Source: an uncultured Holophagales bacterium
Lineage (GTDB): Bacteria > Acidobacteriota > Thermoanaerobaculia > Multivoradales > UBA5704
Reading direction: 5' to 3'
DNA length: 64,000 nt
Assembly (NCBI GenBank): GCA_963842525.1
Contig: CAWJGT010000003.1
Span: forward strand, 1,632,001-1,696,000
The notes under the pieces are model-generated. The model ran no database searches. It was not told the DNA's origin and worked only from the letters and a program-made list of their open reading frames with translations. Below are positions 10,592 to 21,700 of the stretch, in pieces; within the stretch, counting starts at the first letter, position 1, and each line of letters opens with the position of its first letter. A program made the translations under genes and the position numbers.

Positions 10592-10829
10592 CCTCTTGGG
10601 GCAGACCAGCTCAAGGCTGGCGATCGGAATGCACGGTTCCCGGCAGGGAGCTTTGCTCATCTGCCGTTTGTCAGCGATCAGTCACCCCACAGTCTCATTC
10701 CCGTACCCGGGTAGCCGGGCTCGCCAAATCTCAAAACTCCCGTCTATACCTCTACCCGGTCGGGCAGAGTTGCGCCCGCAATGCACCAGGTCTGCTCGAG
10801 ATCCTGACGTTCAGCAAGAAAATTCGCGG

Positions 10830-11597
10830 TCACCCCCATTTTCGGTGTGTCCACTCCTGGGCGAGGGCGAACCCACCACCCTCCTCGCCGATGCGGTGAG
10901 AGACCGGGACGCGCACCCCCTGGAGGCGGATCTCGGCATGGCTCATCCAGCCTGCGCCCGCCTCGCCCATCACCGGCAGGTTGCGCACCAGCTCGAAGCC
11001 GGGCGCGTCGCACGGGACCAGGACCATGCTGGCCCGCCCGTGCGGAGGCGCCGCGGGATCGGTCACCGCCATGACGATGCAGAACGCCGCTCCCTCGGCC
11101 GACGAGGTGAACCACTTGTGGCCGTCGACGACGTAGTCGTCGCCCTCGCGGCGGGCCGTCGTCCCCATCCAGAACGGGTTCGAGCCGGCGAACTCGGGCT
11201 CCGTCATCCCGAAGCAGCTCCGGATCTCGCCGCGGGCGAGAGGCCGCAGCCAGCGCTCCTTCTGCTCCTCCGATCCTTGCGCGAGCAGAAGCTCCATATT
11301 GCCGGCGTCGGGAGCCTGGCAATTGCACACGTAGTGGCCGAGCGGGCTGCGGCCCAGCACTTCGCTCAGGTGGGCGAACTCAAGCAGCGACAGCCCGGCC
11401 CCGCCCTGCTCCCGCGGCAGATGGGGGACCGAGAACCCCATCTCCCGTGCCCGCTCGCGCAGCCGGTCGAGCTCCCCCTGGATCGCGCCGAAGCCCTCCG
11501 CAAAGAGCCGCCGCTCCAGAGGCACGACCTCCTCTTCCAGGAAGTCGCGCAGCCTGGACGCCAGGCTCTGGATCCGCTCGGGGACGGTGAAGTCCAT
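10830..11597 (-). pseudogene. Acyl-CoA dehydrogenase, 3'-truncated at about 10854
   Basis: NCQAPDAGNME, FGMTEP and GHKWFTS motifs; homology stops after GFALAQE, so the C-terminal domain is missing. Confidence 0.85.
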
Positions 11598-11633
11598 GCG
11601 CGGGAGCATAGCGCGGATAGAATTGCCGCCGTA

Positions 11634-12455
11634 ATGCTCCCCCGTCCGGTCCTGCTCACCCTGGTTCTCCTCGTCACCCTGCTCCTGCTGACCGGCTGCC
11701 TCCGCCTGCTCTCCCGCTCCATGATGTATCCCGGCTCGCCGGTGCCCTTTCCGCCGGAGGCTGAGCTGGCCCGTCTCTTCCCCCAGGCGCGCCTCGTGGA
11801 CTACCAGGCAACGGACGGCGTCCGCCTGAAGGGAGCCCTCTTCCAGAGGCCGGGCTCGCAAGCGCCGCTGGTCGTCCATTTCCACGGCAACGCCGAGTCC
11901 GCCGCGCAGAACCTGGACTTCGCGGAAGAGCTTTTCAACCGGGGCCTCGACGTCTTCCTGGCCGAGTACCGAGGCTTTGGGGGCCTCCCGGGCCGGCCGA
12001 CCGAATCGAACCTCTACGCAGACGGAGAAGGAGCACTGAAGGCACTCCAGGCCGCCGGCATCCCGCCGGAGCGGATCGTCCTCCTCGGCCGCTCCCTCGG
12101 CTCAGGCATCGCCACCGAGCTGGCCGTCCGCCATCCCTGCCACCAACTCATCCTGGTTTCCCCCTATACCTCCATGGTCGACATGGGCAAGAGGATCGCC
12201 GGTCCCCTCGCCAACTTCGCCGTGGCGGACCGCTACGACAACTTGGCCAAGATCGGCCGCGTGCGCTGTCCGGTGGTCATCCTCCACGGCACCCGGGATG
12301 AGGTGGTCCCGATCCGCATGGGCCGGAAGCTCGCCGCGGCGGCTGGGGCGAAGCTCGTCGAAGTGCCGGAGGCGAGCCACAATGTGTTTCCGGGGTTGGA
12401 GGAGCGGGTGGCGGGGGTGGTGGCTCATGTCCTTGGAGGCGAGACGCCCCGCTAG
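11634..12455 (+). CDS. Alpha/beta hydrolase (probable lipoprotein)
   Basis: LTGC lipobox, FHGNA, GRSLG, HGTRDEVV and terminal His. Confidence 0.88.
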   Translation: MLPRPVLLTLVLLVTLLLLTGCLRLLSRSMMYPGSPVPFPPEAELARLFPQARLVDYQATDGVRLKGALFQRPGSQAPLVVHFHGNAESAAQNLDFAEELFNRGLDVFLAEYRGFGGLPGRPTESNLYADGEGALKALQAAGIPPERIVLLGRSLGSGIATELAVRHPCHQLILVSPYTSMVDMGKRIAGPLANFAVADRYDNLAKIGRVRCPVVILHGTRDEVVPIRMGRKLAAAAGAKLVEVPEASHNVFPGLEERVAGVVAHVLGGETPR

Positions 12456-12625
12456 CCCCCCATTTTTCTCGGAATGGTGTCCAACAAGAAGGACGACTGG
12501 CAGGAGAAGCGCGCCTATTCCGACCGCTGCGTGCGGCAGGGCGGTCCTGTGGCTCGGCCGAGCTGCTGAGCTAAAATCCTTCGGGCCGAAGGCTCAAAGG
12601 ATCGGAGACTGCACCCGGAGGCCGT

Positions 12626-15600
12626 GTGAATACGGACCGATACTACGCTTTTTTCAGCTACAACTCTCGCGATGGGGATCTCGTCGAGAAGATCGCTCGG
12701 GCCATCCGTGCTCACGGGCTGAGGATCTTTTTCGACCGCTGGGGTCTGAACCCGGGCAGGCTGTGGCGAGAGAAGCTTGAGGAGGTTCTGGATTCCTGCG
12801 GGGCCGCCGTGATCTTTGTAGGCCCTGGTGACATGGGAGAATGGCAGGTCAAGGAGATGGACTTCGCTCTTGACCGCCATGCACGGGATACAGCATCCTT
12901 CCTGGTCATTCCCGTTCTGTTGCCAGGCGCTAAGCCCCCTCGGGGCTTCCTAGCGCAATTCACGTGGCTAGATTTCCGTCGGGGAACCGACGATGCGGAG
13001 GCCATTCGGCGCCTTGCCGCCGCGATCCGGAGAGAGTTGCCTGGCTCCAATGTGCCAAACGATCTTGAGGAGATCTTGTGCCCTTATCGCGGCCTGCTCC
13101 CGTTTCGGGAGGAGGATGCTCCCTTTTTCTTCGGGCGTGAGGCATTTACAGAGCGCCTCATGGAGAAGGTCAGAGCACATACCTTCGTGGCGCTGGTTGG
13201 CCCTTCCGGTAGCGGGAAGTCGTCGGTCGTCCATGCAGGCCTGGTGCCGCAACTCCGCCAAGGCCTCGACGGGAAGGTCTGGGGTGCGGCGACGCTGCGG
13301 CCTGGCCGGCACCCGCTACACTCTCTAGCTGTAGCTCTAGTCCCCCTTCTGCACCCCGAGTCGCTAGATGATGAGCAGCTCCTCCAAAGGGGAGGCGCTG
13401 TAGCCAGAGCTATGCTGCGCGAGGAATTACTGCTTTCCAGTGTGATTAGGAGAATCCTTGCCAGGCAGCATGGGACCGACCGTTTGCTCCTGATCATTGA
13501 TCAGTGGGAAGAACTCTACACACTTAGCAACGAGGGCAGCGTTGAATGTCGCAGATTTGTTGAACAACTGCTCGAGGTGTCGCTTGAAGGCTCTCTCACA
13601 GTTCTTCTCACCCTTCGCGCCGATTTCTATCGCCCTGTTCTCGAGGATCGCAAACTTTCCGAGCGTCTCCAGGATCACGTTGTCCACGTGAGCTCGCTTG
13701 AGAGGGACGAAGCGCGGCGGGCGATGGAAGAGCCCGCGCGGAAAGTGGGCCTCGCGTTCGAAGGAGGCCTGGTCGAACAGATCCTCGACGACCTCGAGCA
13801 GCAGCCCGGCCAGCTCCCCTTGCTCGAGTTCGTTCTTGGCGAGCTGTGGAAACAGAGGCGCAACGGCTACTTGCTCGCAGAAAGCTATCGAGGTATGGGA
13901 GGGATCAAGGGAGCCATCGCCACGCGAGCCGACCAAGTACTTCGAGACTATCAGCTTCCCGAGCAGGATGTCCGGCGGCTCTTCATGCGGCTGGTCCGGC
14001 TGGAAGAGGATGCTCCTGACACTCGCCGGAAGGCCTCATTCGACGAGATCGGCGATGCCGAAAAGAGAGTTGCTGCTCCTCTGGTCGAGAACCGTTTGCT
14101 GATCACGAGCCAGGATCCCAGGACGGGCATGGAGACCGTCGAGGTGGCCCATGAGGCGCTGATCCGGAACTGGAAGCGGCTCCGCGGCTGGTTGAAGGAG
14201 GATAGGGCGTTCCTGCTTTGGCGTGAGAGGTTGGGCGCTGCCCTCGATGCTTGGGAAGCTAACAACAAAGCGGATAGGTACCTCCTCAATGAGGGTCCTC
14301 TTGCTGAGGCCGCTCGATGGATCCCGGGCCGCTTTGAAGATCTGTCCGAAGCGGAAAAGGAGCTCATAAATCATAGCCAGAGCCAGCAGGACAGGATAAG
14401 GCGGCAACGCGCCAGGATGAAAGTTTTGGTGAGCGTCGGAATCATTCTTTCGGTCCTATTAGTAGCCATCATTGTCCTCTACAACAGGCGGCGTAACGAG
14501 CTGAAGGCGAAGTTCCTCTTCTCCGAAGCTCGCCAGCTCCAGGGGAGGGCTCTCGACCGGGCCCTCCTCCTCGCTCTCGAGGCGCAGCGGCTCCATGATG
14601 CGCCGGAGGAGCGAGGACTGATCCCAACACTGCTCGAGCAGACTCCTTTCCTCGACTTCTTTCTCCCTTCGGACGGCCGAACCGTCTATCAGGTTGCCTT
14701 CAGCCCAGATGGCCGCTGGCTCGGAGGAGCGGGAGTGAGCCCTCCTGTTTTCTTCGATGCCCGATCCGGTCGTCGGCTCCCTCTCACGATCGGCGGCAGA
14801 GACGTCTTCGGCGTGGCGTTTGGCCCCGGCGGGAAAGCTGCCACGAGCAATCGGAAGACCATTCAGATGTGGGATCTTGCTACGGCGGAGCCCGGCCTCT
14901 CGATCCCTTTGACTTGGCGCGTCCGCAATCTCACTTTCAGTCCCAACGGCAGGTTGATTGCGGCGAGCCGGAACGAGGAGATACGACTGTGGGATACTGC
15001 CTCGGGGAAGCATTACGGTGCCCCCCTGGAGGTGGATGGACCCTGGGTTTCCGGTTTCGCTTTCAGCCCTGACGGCCGGACCCTCGCGGCCGCCGATGCC
15101 AGCGAGACCATCGAGCTTTGGGACGTAGCAACCGGCCGCACGATCCCTTCGGTTCAGAAGGCCGGCCAGTCATTCCTGAGCGTCGCTTTCAGTCCGGACG
15201 GCCGTCGCTTGGTGTCAGGAGAGGGCGGGGGCAAGCTACGGCTGTGGGACGCGTTCTCCGTCCGACCGCTAGGGGAGTCCTGTGCCGGTCACAGCGGCGA
15301 CGTGCTGGACGTGGCGTTCGAACTCGATTTCCAGAGACGGGGTCTGGACGCTCGCTTCCGCGGGCAGTGACGGAAGAATCTTCCTATGGGATGTTCCGGC
15401 AGGCGAAGGAAGTGAATGGAACGCTTCGAACTGTACGCCGCGCGCCGCCCTCACAGGGCACGGAGGGACTGTTTGGAGCCTCGCGTTCGGGAGGGATGGG
15501 CTGCTGCTTTCCGGCGGAGAAAACAAGGGCCTCATACTTTGGCGGCTCTCGCGAGTCCCGCGCCTGGCCCAGCCGCTGCCCGGCCCCGAGGGCCTGCGTA

Positions 15601-16586
15601 GCTTCGCCTATAGTCCGGATGGCCGGTGGATCGCGGCAGGAACGAGCAATGGCGAACTGGCCTTGTGGGATGCGCGCAACCTGATGCAGCCCACAGTCGT
15701 CCAGGCACATCGAAGTGAAACGACTTCCATCGCCTTCCGGCAGGATGGTGCGATGATCGCGTGCGGCGACAAATCCGGTCGGGTCCTTGTGTGGGATCTG
15801 GCCAGCGGTCTACGTCGCCAGCCGGAGCGTTCGTTTGTGCCTTCGGACCTGGATGCAGTCCAGGGAGTTTGGAGTGTGGCGTTCGATCCGGAAGGGGCTC
15901 GGCTTGCGGTCGGGTTCGGCAATGGGCTGATCCGCATCTGGGATGTCAACACCGGCGTGGTGCTCCATGACCTCTATGGCCATTCGCAGAGTCTTATCTC
16001 GAGCCTTGCATTCAGCCGAGATGGGCGACAATTGGTTGCAGGCGGTGATGATCGCCACGTCCACATCTGGGACCTCACGACCTTGAAGGAGGCCCAGTCA
16101 CACCTTGAAGGCCACAGCCAGGCCGTCGGAGCTCTTGCATTCAGCCGGGATGGGCACCTTCTTGCCTCCTCTGGTTCGGACAAGATCATCCAGATCTGGG
16201 ACGTGCGCGGCGGCTATTCGAAGCTGGGGCCCCCTCTCGTCGGACCCGAGGACATCGTGGCAGGAGTGGCCTTCAGCCCCGATGGGAAGACGCTTGCGGC
16301 CGTCAGCCTCGACGGCTCGATCTTTCTTTGGAACGTGGATTCAAGGTCACCCATCGTGTCGAGCCTGAGGGGCAGAGAGGGGGCCGTGGCCTTGAGCTTC
16401 GATCCGACCGGCGATCGGTTGGTGACCGCGGACAGCCAGGGATTGCTGCTTTGGGACCTCCGATTCGAGAGCTGGCGAAAGCTGGCATGTGCAACGGTAC
16501 GAAGGAACCTCACGAAGGACGAATGGAGAGAGTACATGGAGAATGCGCCGTACCGGAAGACCTGCCCAGATTTCCCGGAAGGTTGA
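12626..16586 (+). CDS. TIR - STAND NTPase - TM - WD40 NLR-like protein (frameshift near 15320)
   Basis: FFSYNS TIR, CPYRGL, GPSGSGKSS, IDQWEE, LPLLEF, HEALIRNW, TM helix, many WD40 repeats continuing in ORF 15282..16586. Confidence 0.9.
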
Positions 16587-16759
16587 ACGGACGGCTTGAC
16601 GACAGTCATGCACATGAGTAAGCTGTCTCCAGTTTCAATTCATTGCTTGCGATCACCTCACAGGCGCCCGTCTCAACTTGTCTCCACGCTCGGGAGGGGG
16701 CTCTTATTGCAGCCATCTCCGCGACGATGGACTTTTAACCTATGGAAAGGAGGGGTTTC

Positions 16760-16972
16760 ATGCGGAAGGCAGTGATGGGTCAGGAGGAGTCGGACGGCTT
16801 GCGCCAGCGGCGGGTGCTGGCGAGAATCCTGGCAGAGGACTTGCGGAAGGCTCGGGGGAGCCAGGAGCACTGGGGGAGTCCGAGGGTCTCCCTCCTGGCT
16901 TCGGGGACGCCCACGGATGTGGACTCCGAGCCGGACTACACCTGGCGGGGATCTGACGGGGACACCACGTAG
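16760..16972 (+). CDS. Putative graspetide precursor peptide A1 (70 aa)
   Basis: AAAGGAGG RBS; shares VLARxLAEDLR, LLAS and DxTxxGSDGD with 18458..18649; adjacent to ATP-grasp gene. Confidence 0.82.
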   Translation: MRKAVMGQEESDGLRQRRVLARILAEDLRKARGSQEHWGSPRVSLLASGTPTDVDSEPDYTWRGSDGDTT

Positions 16973-17050
16973 GCCAGAATGGTGCGATACCGGGGCGGGC
17001 ATGCCGCCAGATGCGGCTTGCCCGCCCTGATGCACCCCGGATCTTCTACT

Positions 17051-18199
17051 ATGAACCGAAACAGATCCGTCCTGATTCTCACTGAATGCGGAGATGTCCA
17101 TGCCTATGCCGTGGCTGCAGCGCTCGAGCGAAAGGGGGCGACCGTCGTGCTCTGGCACACCGCAGATTTTCCGACGCAGGCCGGCGAGACAATCCGTTTC
17201 GAGCACGGCAAGATGACGCTGTGCGCACGCAGCCGCGCCATCCACCTGTCGGATTTCACCTTCGACACCGTCTGGCACCGGCGCCCGACCTACGTCATCG
17301 ACGAGAGCCGCCTCCATCCTGCGGACCGAGAGTTCGCTGAGTCGGAGTGCAACGTCTTCCGCCGCTCTGTGTTTTCCCTCATCGCGCCAGAAGCCTTTTG
17401 GGTCAACCATCCCGATGCAGCGACCCGCGCAGGGCGAAAACCGGTCCAGCACGCGGTGGCCCTCGAAGTCGGCTTTTCCACACCTGCCACGGTATATACC
17501 AACGACCCGGAAGAGATCCGTGATTTCATCGCCCGCCACGGCGGCAGGATCGTCTACAAGCCCTTCCGGGGTTATTCGTGGAAGGATGAGGAGTCCTACT
17601 ATCTCCCCTACACGAGCCTGCTCACGGCAGACCAGCTCGTCGGCGATGACCTGCTGCGGGCGGTTCCCGGCATCTATCAGGAGCTGGTTGCGAAAGATCA
17701 TGAGCTGCGCGTGACGGTCATCGGCGAACGTGTTTTCGCGGCCAAGATCCTCTCCCAGGCGACGTCATCCGGGCGCCTGGATTGGCGGAAGTCCTATCAC
17801 GAGCTCCGCATGGAGGCCTGCAACATCTCGTCCGAGCTGGCCGACGGCTGCCGTGCGATGCTGCGCCGCCTGGGCCTTGTCTTCGGGTGCTTCGACTTCA
17901 TCATTACTCCTGACGGCCAGCCGATCTTCCTTGAGGTCAATGAGGCCGGCCAATTCCTGTTTGTCGAGCAGTACACGGCTCAGCCATTGCTCGACGCCTT
18001 CACCGAGTTCCTGATGCAGGCGCGGCCCGACTTCGATTGGGCACCTACCTGTAGCTCCATCACCTACTCCGAGGTACAGGACTCGGTCCGTCGGCTGGAG
18101 GCAAGGTTCGCAGAGCGTCACATTGCCTCCCCCGACCGGGCTGTCTGGGAGGGTTCGGGACCTCGAGAGCCCTTGCAGAGGCGGGTGGCTCGTGCATAG
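17051..18199 (+). CDS. ATP-grasp peptide maturase, MvdC/MvdD (graspetide synthetase) type
   Basis: D-x-H-A N-terminus, VWHRRP, FWVN, YKP, YQELVAKDHELRVTVIG, DWR, DFII, FLEVNEAGQFLFVE. Confidence 0.9.
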   Translation: MNRNRSVLILTECGDVHAYAVAAALERKGATVVLWHTADFPTQAGETIRFEHGKMTLCARSRAIHLSDFTFDTVWHRRPTYVIDESRLHPADREFAESECNVFRRSVFSLIAPEAFWVNHPDAATRAGRKPVQHAVALEVGFSTPATVYTNDPEEIRDFIARHGGRIVYKPFRGYSWKDEESYYLPYTSLLTADQLVGDDLLRAVPGIYQELVAKDHELRVTVIGERVFAAKILSQATSSGRLDWRKSYHELRMEACNISSELADGCRAMLRRLGLVFGCFDFIITPDGQPIFLEVNEAGQFLFVEQYTAQPLLDAFTEFLMQARPDFDWAPTCSSITYSEVQDSVRRLEARFAERHIASPDRAVWEGSGPREPLQRRVARA

Positions 18200-18457
18200 A
18201 CGGGGCGCTTTTCTTTATGCGCTCATGCCCATAGGATTGATGCCTAAACAAACTGTGGTATGATGGTTTCTCTAAAGGTAGCCGTCACGGAGCAAAGAGG
18301 CCGGATCAACCGGAAACCTGGAAGCGTCGGCGGGTCGGACAGTGTTGCTCTCAATTCTCTCCTCCCTTTCTCTTGCCTGTTCCTCCTTCCCTTTGGCTGC
18401 CGGACTGTGTCGCCCCGTCCGCGCCGCGGACCTTCCTCGACCTACAGGAGGTGAGAG

Positions 18458-18649
18458 ATGCGTAAGTCGGATCTGGACGAAGTGGCCGAATCGAGTCGGG
18501 AGAGAGTCCTTGCACGGGTGTTGGCCGAAGACCTGAGGAGGGTGCGCGGACGCGCAAACCACGTCTTACTTGCCTCAACCTATAGTGAGACCGCCCCGCC
18601 ACCAGGTCGTGACATCACGAATGTCGGCAGCGATGGAGACCTCTACTGA
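18458..18649 (+). CDS. Putative graspetide precursor peptide A2 (63 aa)
   Basis: AGGAGGT RBS; homologous to A1. Confidence 0.82.
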   Translation: MRKSDLDEVAESSRERVLARVLAEDLRRVRGRANHVLLASTYSETAPPPGRDITNVGSDGDLY

Positions 18650-18668
18650 TCGGACGGGAGGCAAACCC

Positions 18669-19598
18669 ATGATACCAGGTATCATACTGCGCCTCACCGT
18701 CCTGACGCTCTGCTTCGCGTGCAGCGGCTCCATGCATGAAGGTATGGGGATTGGCCCGGGCCTGCGTGGGGCATGGCAGGAGCAAGGAGAAGAGCGTTTC
18801 CTGCATATCCAGAAAGACCAAATCATCGAATTCACCAACCAGGAGGGCCTCAAGGTACGAGGTTTCATCAGATGGGAGCAGGACCATCTTGTGCTGCGCC
18901 GGTCGGGCCGCGAAGAGAAATGGACGCCTTCCCTACAGCGCGGCAGGCTCCGCCTGGACGGCCCGGAGGGGACTCACATCTTTGTCCGTTTGGATGAGGT
19001 TCCCCCGGAGGTGGAGCTCAAACCGCTGGTGCTCGGCGATTCGAGCCGTCCCCTCTCACCCGAACGAGCACAGGCTATTCAGGCGGAGATCGAAGGTCGC
19101 TTCCGAGCCGAGCAGGAGCTGTTCCGCGCCATCCGGAGGAATCGCGAACTCCGCCCAGAGGCCGACCGGCTCAAACGCGAGAACCTAGCCTATCTGCGCA
19201 TCCTCCTCGGCGACGTAGGCTGGATCGATGCCGCTCGCTTCGGTGCCAAATCCTCCGTCTACACGGTCATCCTCGCCAAGCACACGGGAGATCTCCGTCT
19301 GATGATGACCATTCTTCCGCTGGCGGAGAAAGACCTCAAGAATTCCGAGGAGGGCCAGACGTACGCCGTCCTCTATGATGCCCTCCAACTCGACCTCGGC
19401 CACAAACAGCTCTATGGCACGCAAATCGCCGAGGATGAGCATGGACAACCCTACGTGCTGCCCTTCGAGGGTTCGGAAGCGAGTGTCGAACAGCGTCTGC
19501 GCGAGATAGGGCTTCCTTCATTTGCCGAGTACCGCAACCAGGTGGGCGAGGCCCTTTACCCTGGTAAGCGAGTCCGGCTCGCCCGCAGCGACGGCTGA
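18669..19598 (+). CDS. Exported/lipoprotein with DUF6624-like C-terminal domain
   Basis: Signal with Cys; GW...G, H, YAVLYD...QLYGTQ motifs. Confidence 0.6.
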   Translation: MIPGIILRLTVLTLCFACSGSMHEGMGIGPGLRGAWQEQGEERFLHIQKDQIIEFTNQEGLKVRGFIRWEQDHLVLRRSGREEKWTPSLQRGRLRLDGPEGTHIFVRLDEVPPEVELKPLVLGDSSRPLSPERAQAIQAEIEGRFRAEQELFRAIRRNRELRPEADRLKRENLAYLRILLGDVGWIDAARFGAKSSVYTVILAKHTGDLRLMMTILPLAEKDLKNSEEGQTYAVLYDALQLDLGHKQLYGTQIAEDEHGQPYVLPFEGSEASVEQRLREIGLPSFAEYRNQVGEALYPGKRVRLARSDG

Positions 19599-19704
19599 CT
19601 CCTTTCGTTCCATGCCCGGGCCCGTCACCGAGGCCCGGGCACCATATATGGCCTCCAAGTCCTGGGAGGCAGGGCGGCCGGCAATTCGGCCGCTGGCGCC
19701 CCCT

Positions 19705-20631
19705 CTACGCGCTCACCGCCCGTACGAAATCCGGGCTCAGGTCCCGCCGGCCAAGCTCACGGCTCTGGAGCTGCTTGCCCTGGCCGGTGCGTAACGTGCC
19801 GAGGAGATAGCCGGCGCGGCACTTCGGGCAGCCTACGACGCTTACGGCGATGCGGACCGGCAGCTTGTCGATCTCCTTCTTCTGCGGCGCGTGCTCGGCG
19901 AAGAGGGCTCGGAAACCGTCGAGGTCTCCGCCGTACGCTTTGTCTCCGGCCGTCGCGAGGAGGGTGGTCCCACGCTGGAAGGCTGCCTCCTGGGTGGCCT
20001 GGTAGGTGGCCTGGGCCGCAACGTCCTTCTTGCGGATCTTCTCGGCCTTGACGCTTGCCGGCAGGAGGCCGGCGTCCCGCGACTTCATGTACGTGCGGCA
20101 GGAATCGCAGTAGGGGAGGGCCTTCATCGCCAGGGGCGCGATGAGGCTGCCGGCGCAGAAGCCGGCGATCTCCAGGAGGCGGAACCCGTAGCCCCAGACC
20201 CCCAGCGGCTCGCCGGACGAGCCGTCGTCCTTCTGCCAGGCGAACGAGCGGGCGGCGAAGTCGAAGTAGGTGAGGAAGCCCACCGGCGTGCCGTCTTCAT
20301 ACTGCAGGCCGAGGCCGCGGAACTCGATGTACTGACCGACGAAGTAGGCGCCGATCTGGAGCAGGACGACCGTCCAGAGGAGCGACTTCGTGATCTTCTC
20401 CCCGGTGACCCGGGACGCGACCCCGTAGCCGCTCGACGCCACCAGGCCCACCAGCAAGGCTCCGATGGGCAGGACATAGTTCGCGTACCAGCCCATGACG
20501 TGGAAGTCTTCCGTGAAGCGGTCCAGCGCCCAGACGGCCAGCAGGGCGAGGGCCGTCGTCGCCAGGCCGCTCAGGATGACTGCCATCCGGCGATCCTGCG
20601 CCGGCTCGATCGGGCGAGCCATCGGATCCAT
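19705..20631 (-). CDS. Hypothetical membrane protein with two CxxC motifs
   Basis: Several hydrophobic helices; CDSC and CPKC. Confidence 0.7.
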   Translation of the reverse strand: MDPMARPIEPAQDRRMAVILSGLATTALALLAVWALDRFTEDFHVMGWYANYVLPIGALLVGLVASSGYGVASRVTGEKITKSLLWTVVLLQIGAYFVGQYIEFRGLGLQYEDGTPVGFLTYFDFAARSFAWQKDDGSSGEPLGVWGYGFRLLEIAGFCAGSLIAPLAMKALPYCDSCRTYMKSRDAGLLPASVKAEKIRKKDVAAQATYQATQEAAFQRGTTLLATAGDKAYGGDLDGFRALFAEHAPQKKEIDKLPVRIAVSVVGCPKCRAGYLLGTLRTGQGKQLQSRELGRRDLSPDFVRAVSA

Positions 20632-20735
20632 AAACGCCTCCTTCGCCAACGGGATTGTTTGAAGCGGATGGTAGCATGGACGGCGTTCCATAGGGGCTGT
20701 CATGATGCCGGCATTTACGATCGCCTGACCTGCCA

Positions 20736-21700
20736 ATGCCTGACCGCGGCTCCCTCCGTCCCCATCTCATCCTTCCCGTCGGCACGCAGGTCGTGAGCCG
20801 GGTCGAGGTGCGCGATGCCCGCGGCACGGTGCTCTGCCCGGCTGGGGCGGTAGGGGAGGTCGTCAAGGCGCCGGCTGATGGCACGCATTCCTACCGGGTG
20901 CGCCTGCCGGACGGCCGCGAGGTGTCGCTTCAGCGACAAAGCCTCTCGATCCACAAGCACACGCAGAGGCATGATCTGGAGGCCGAGGGGGCGGCGCTCG
21001 CCGAGCACGAGCTGTGGAATTACGTGATCTACCGCTGCGTCGTGGGGTCCGCAGGCGTACGGCCTTGCCGGCGAGGGCTCGGACATCGATCGCCGCGGTT
21101 TCTTCCTGCCGCCGGCCGAGCTGCACTGGTCGCTCTACGGCGTGCCGGAGCAGCTCGACAACGAGGAGGCGCAGGAGAGCTGCTGGGAGATTCAAAAATT
21201 CGTGACGATGGCCCTCAAGGCGAACCCCAATGTGATCGAATGCCTGTACACGCCCCTGGTCGAGCTGTGCACGCCGCTGGCCGGCGAGCTGATCGAGAAC
21301 CGCTCGCGCTTCCTCTCGAAGATGATCTATCAGACCTACAACGGTTATGTGCTGTCGCAATTCAAGAAGCTGGAGCAGGACATCCGGACGACGGGTTCCC
21401 TCAAGTGGAAGCACGCCATGCACCTGATCCGCTTGTTGCTGGCCGGAATTGCCGGTCTTGCCGAAGGGCACATCCCGGTGCGGGTGGAAGGCGGGCTTCG
21501 TGATCGGCTCCTTGCGATCAAGCGGGGTGAGGTCCCGTGGGCAGAGGTGAACACCTGGCGGCTCGATCTCCACCGGCGCTTCGAGGAGGCTTTCGCGGCC
21601 ACGAAGCTGCCGGACCGGCCGGACTACCGGTGGGCCAACGACTACTTGATCCGGGCGCGGCGGAGCGCGGTGGGAACGCGGGATCGTCGTGCGCCTGACC
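20736..21700 (+). CDS. Nucleotidyltransferase (YcgL/RlaP-like), frameshifted near 21050; 3' end approximate
   Basis: CVVGS-(AYGLA)-SDIDRRG, KANPN and KHAMHLIRLL motifs across two frames. Confidence 0.8.

Noticed and set aside
10485-11633. Long N-terminal extension of the alpha/beta hydrolase (likewise 43798..45486, 48053..49801, 55797..57491)
   Set aside because: The extensions overlap other real genes or repeats; true starts are downstream
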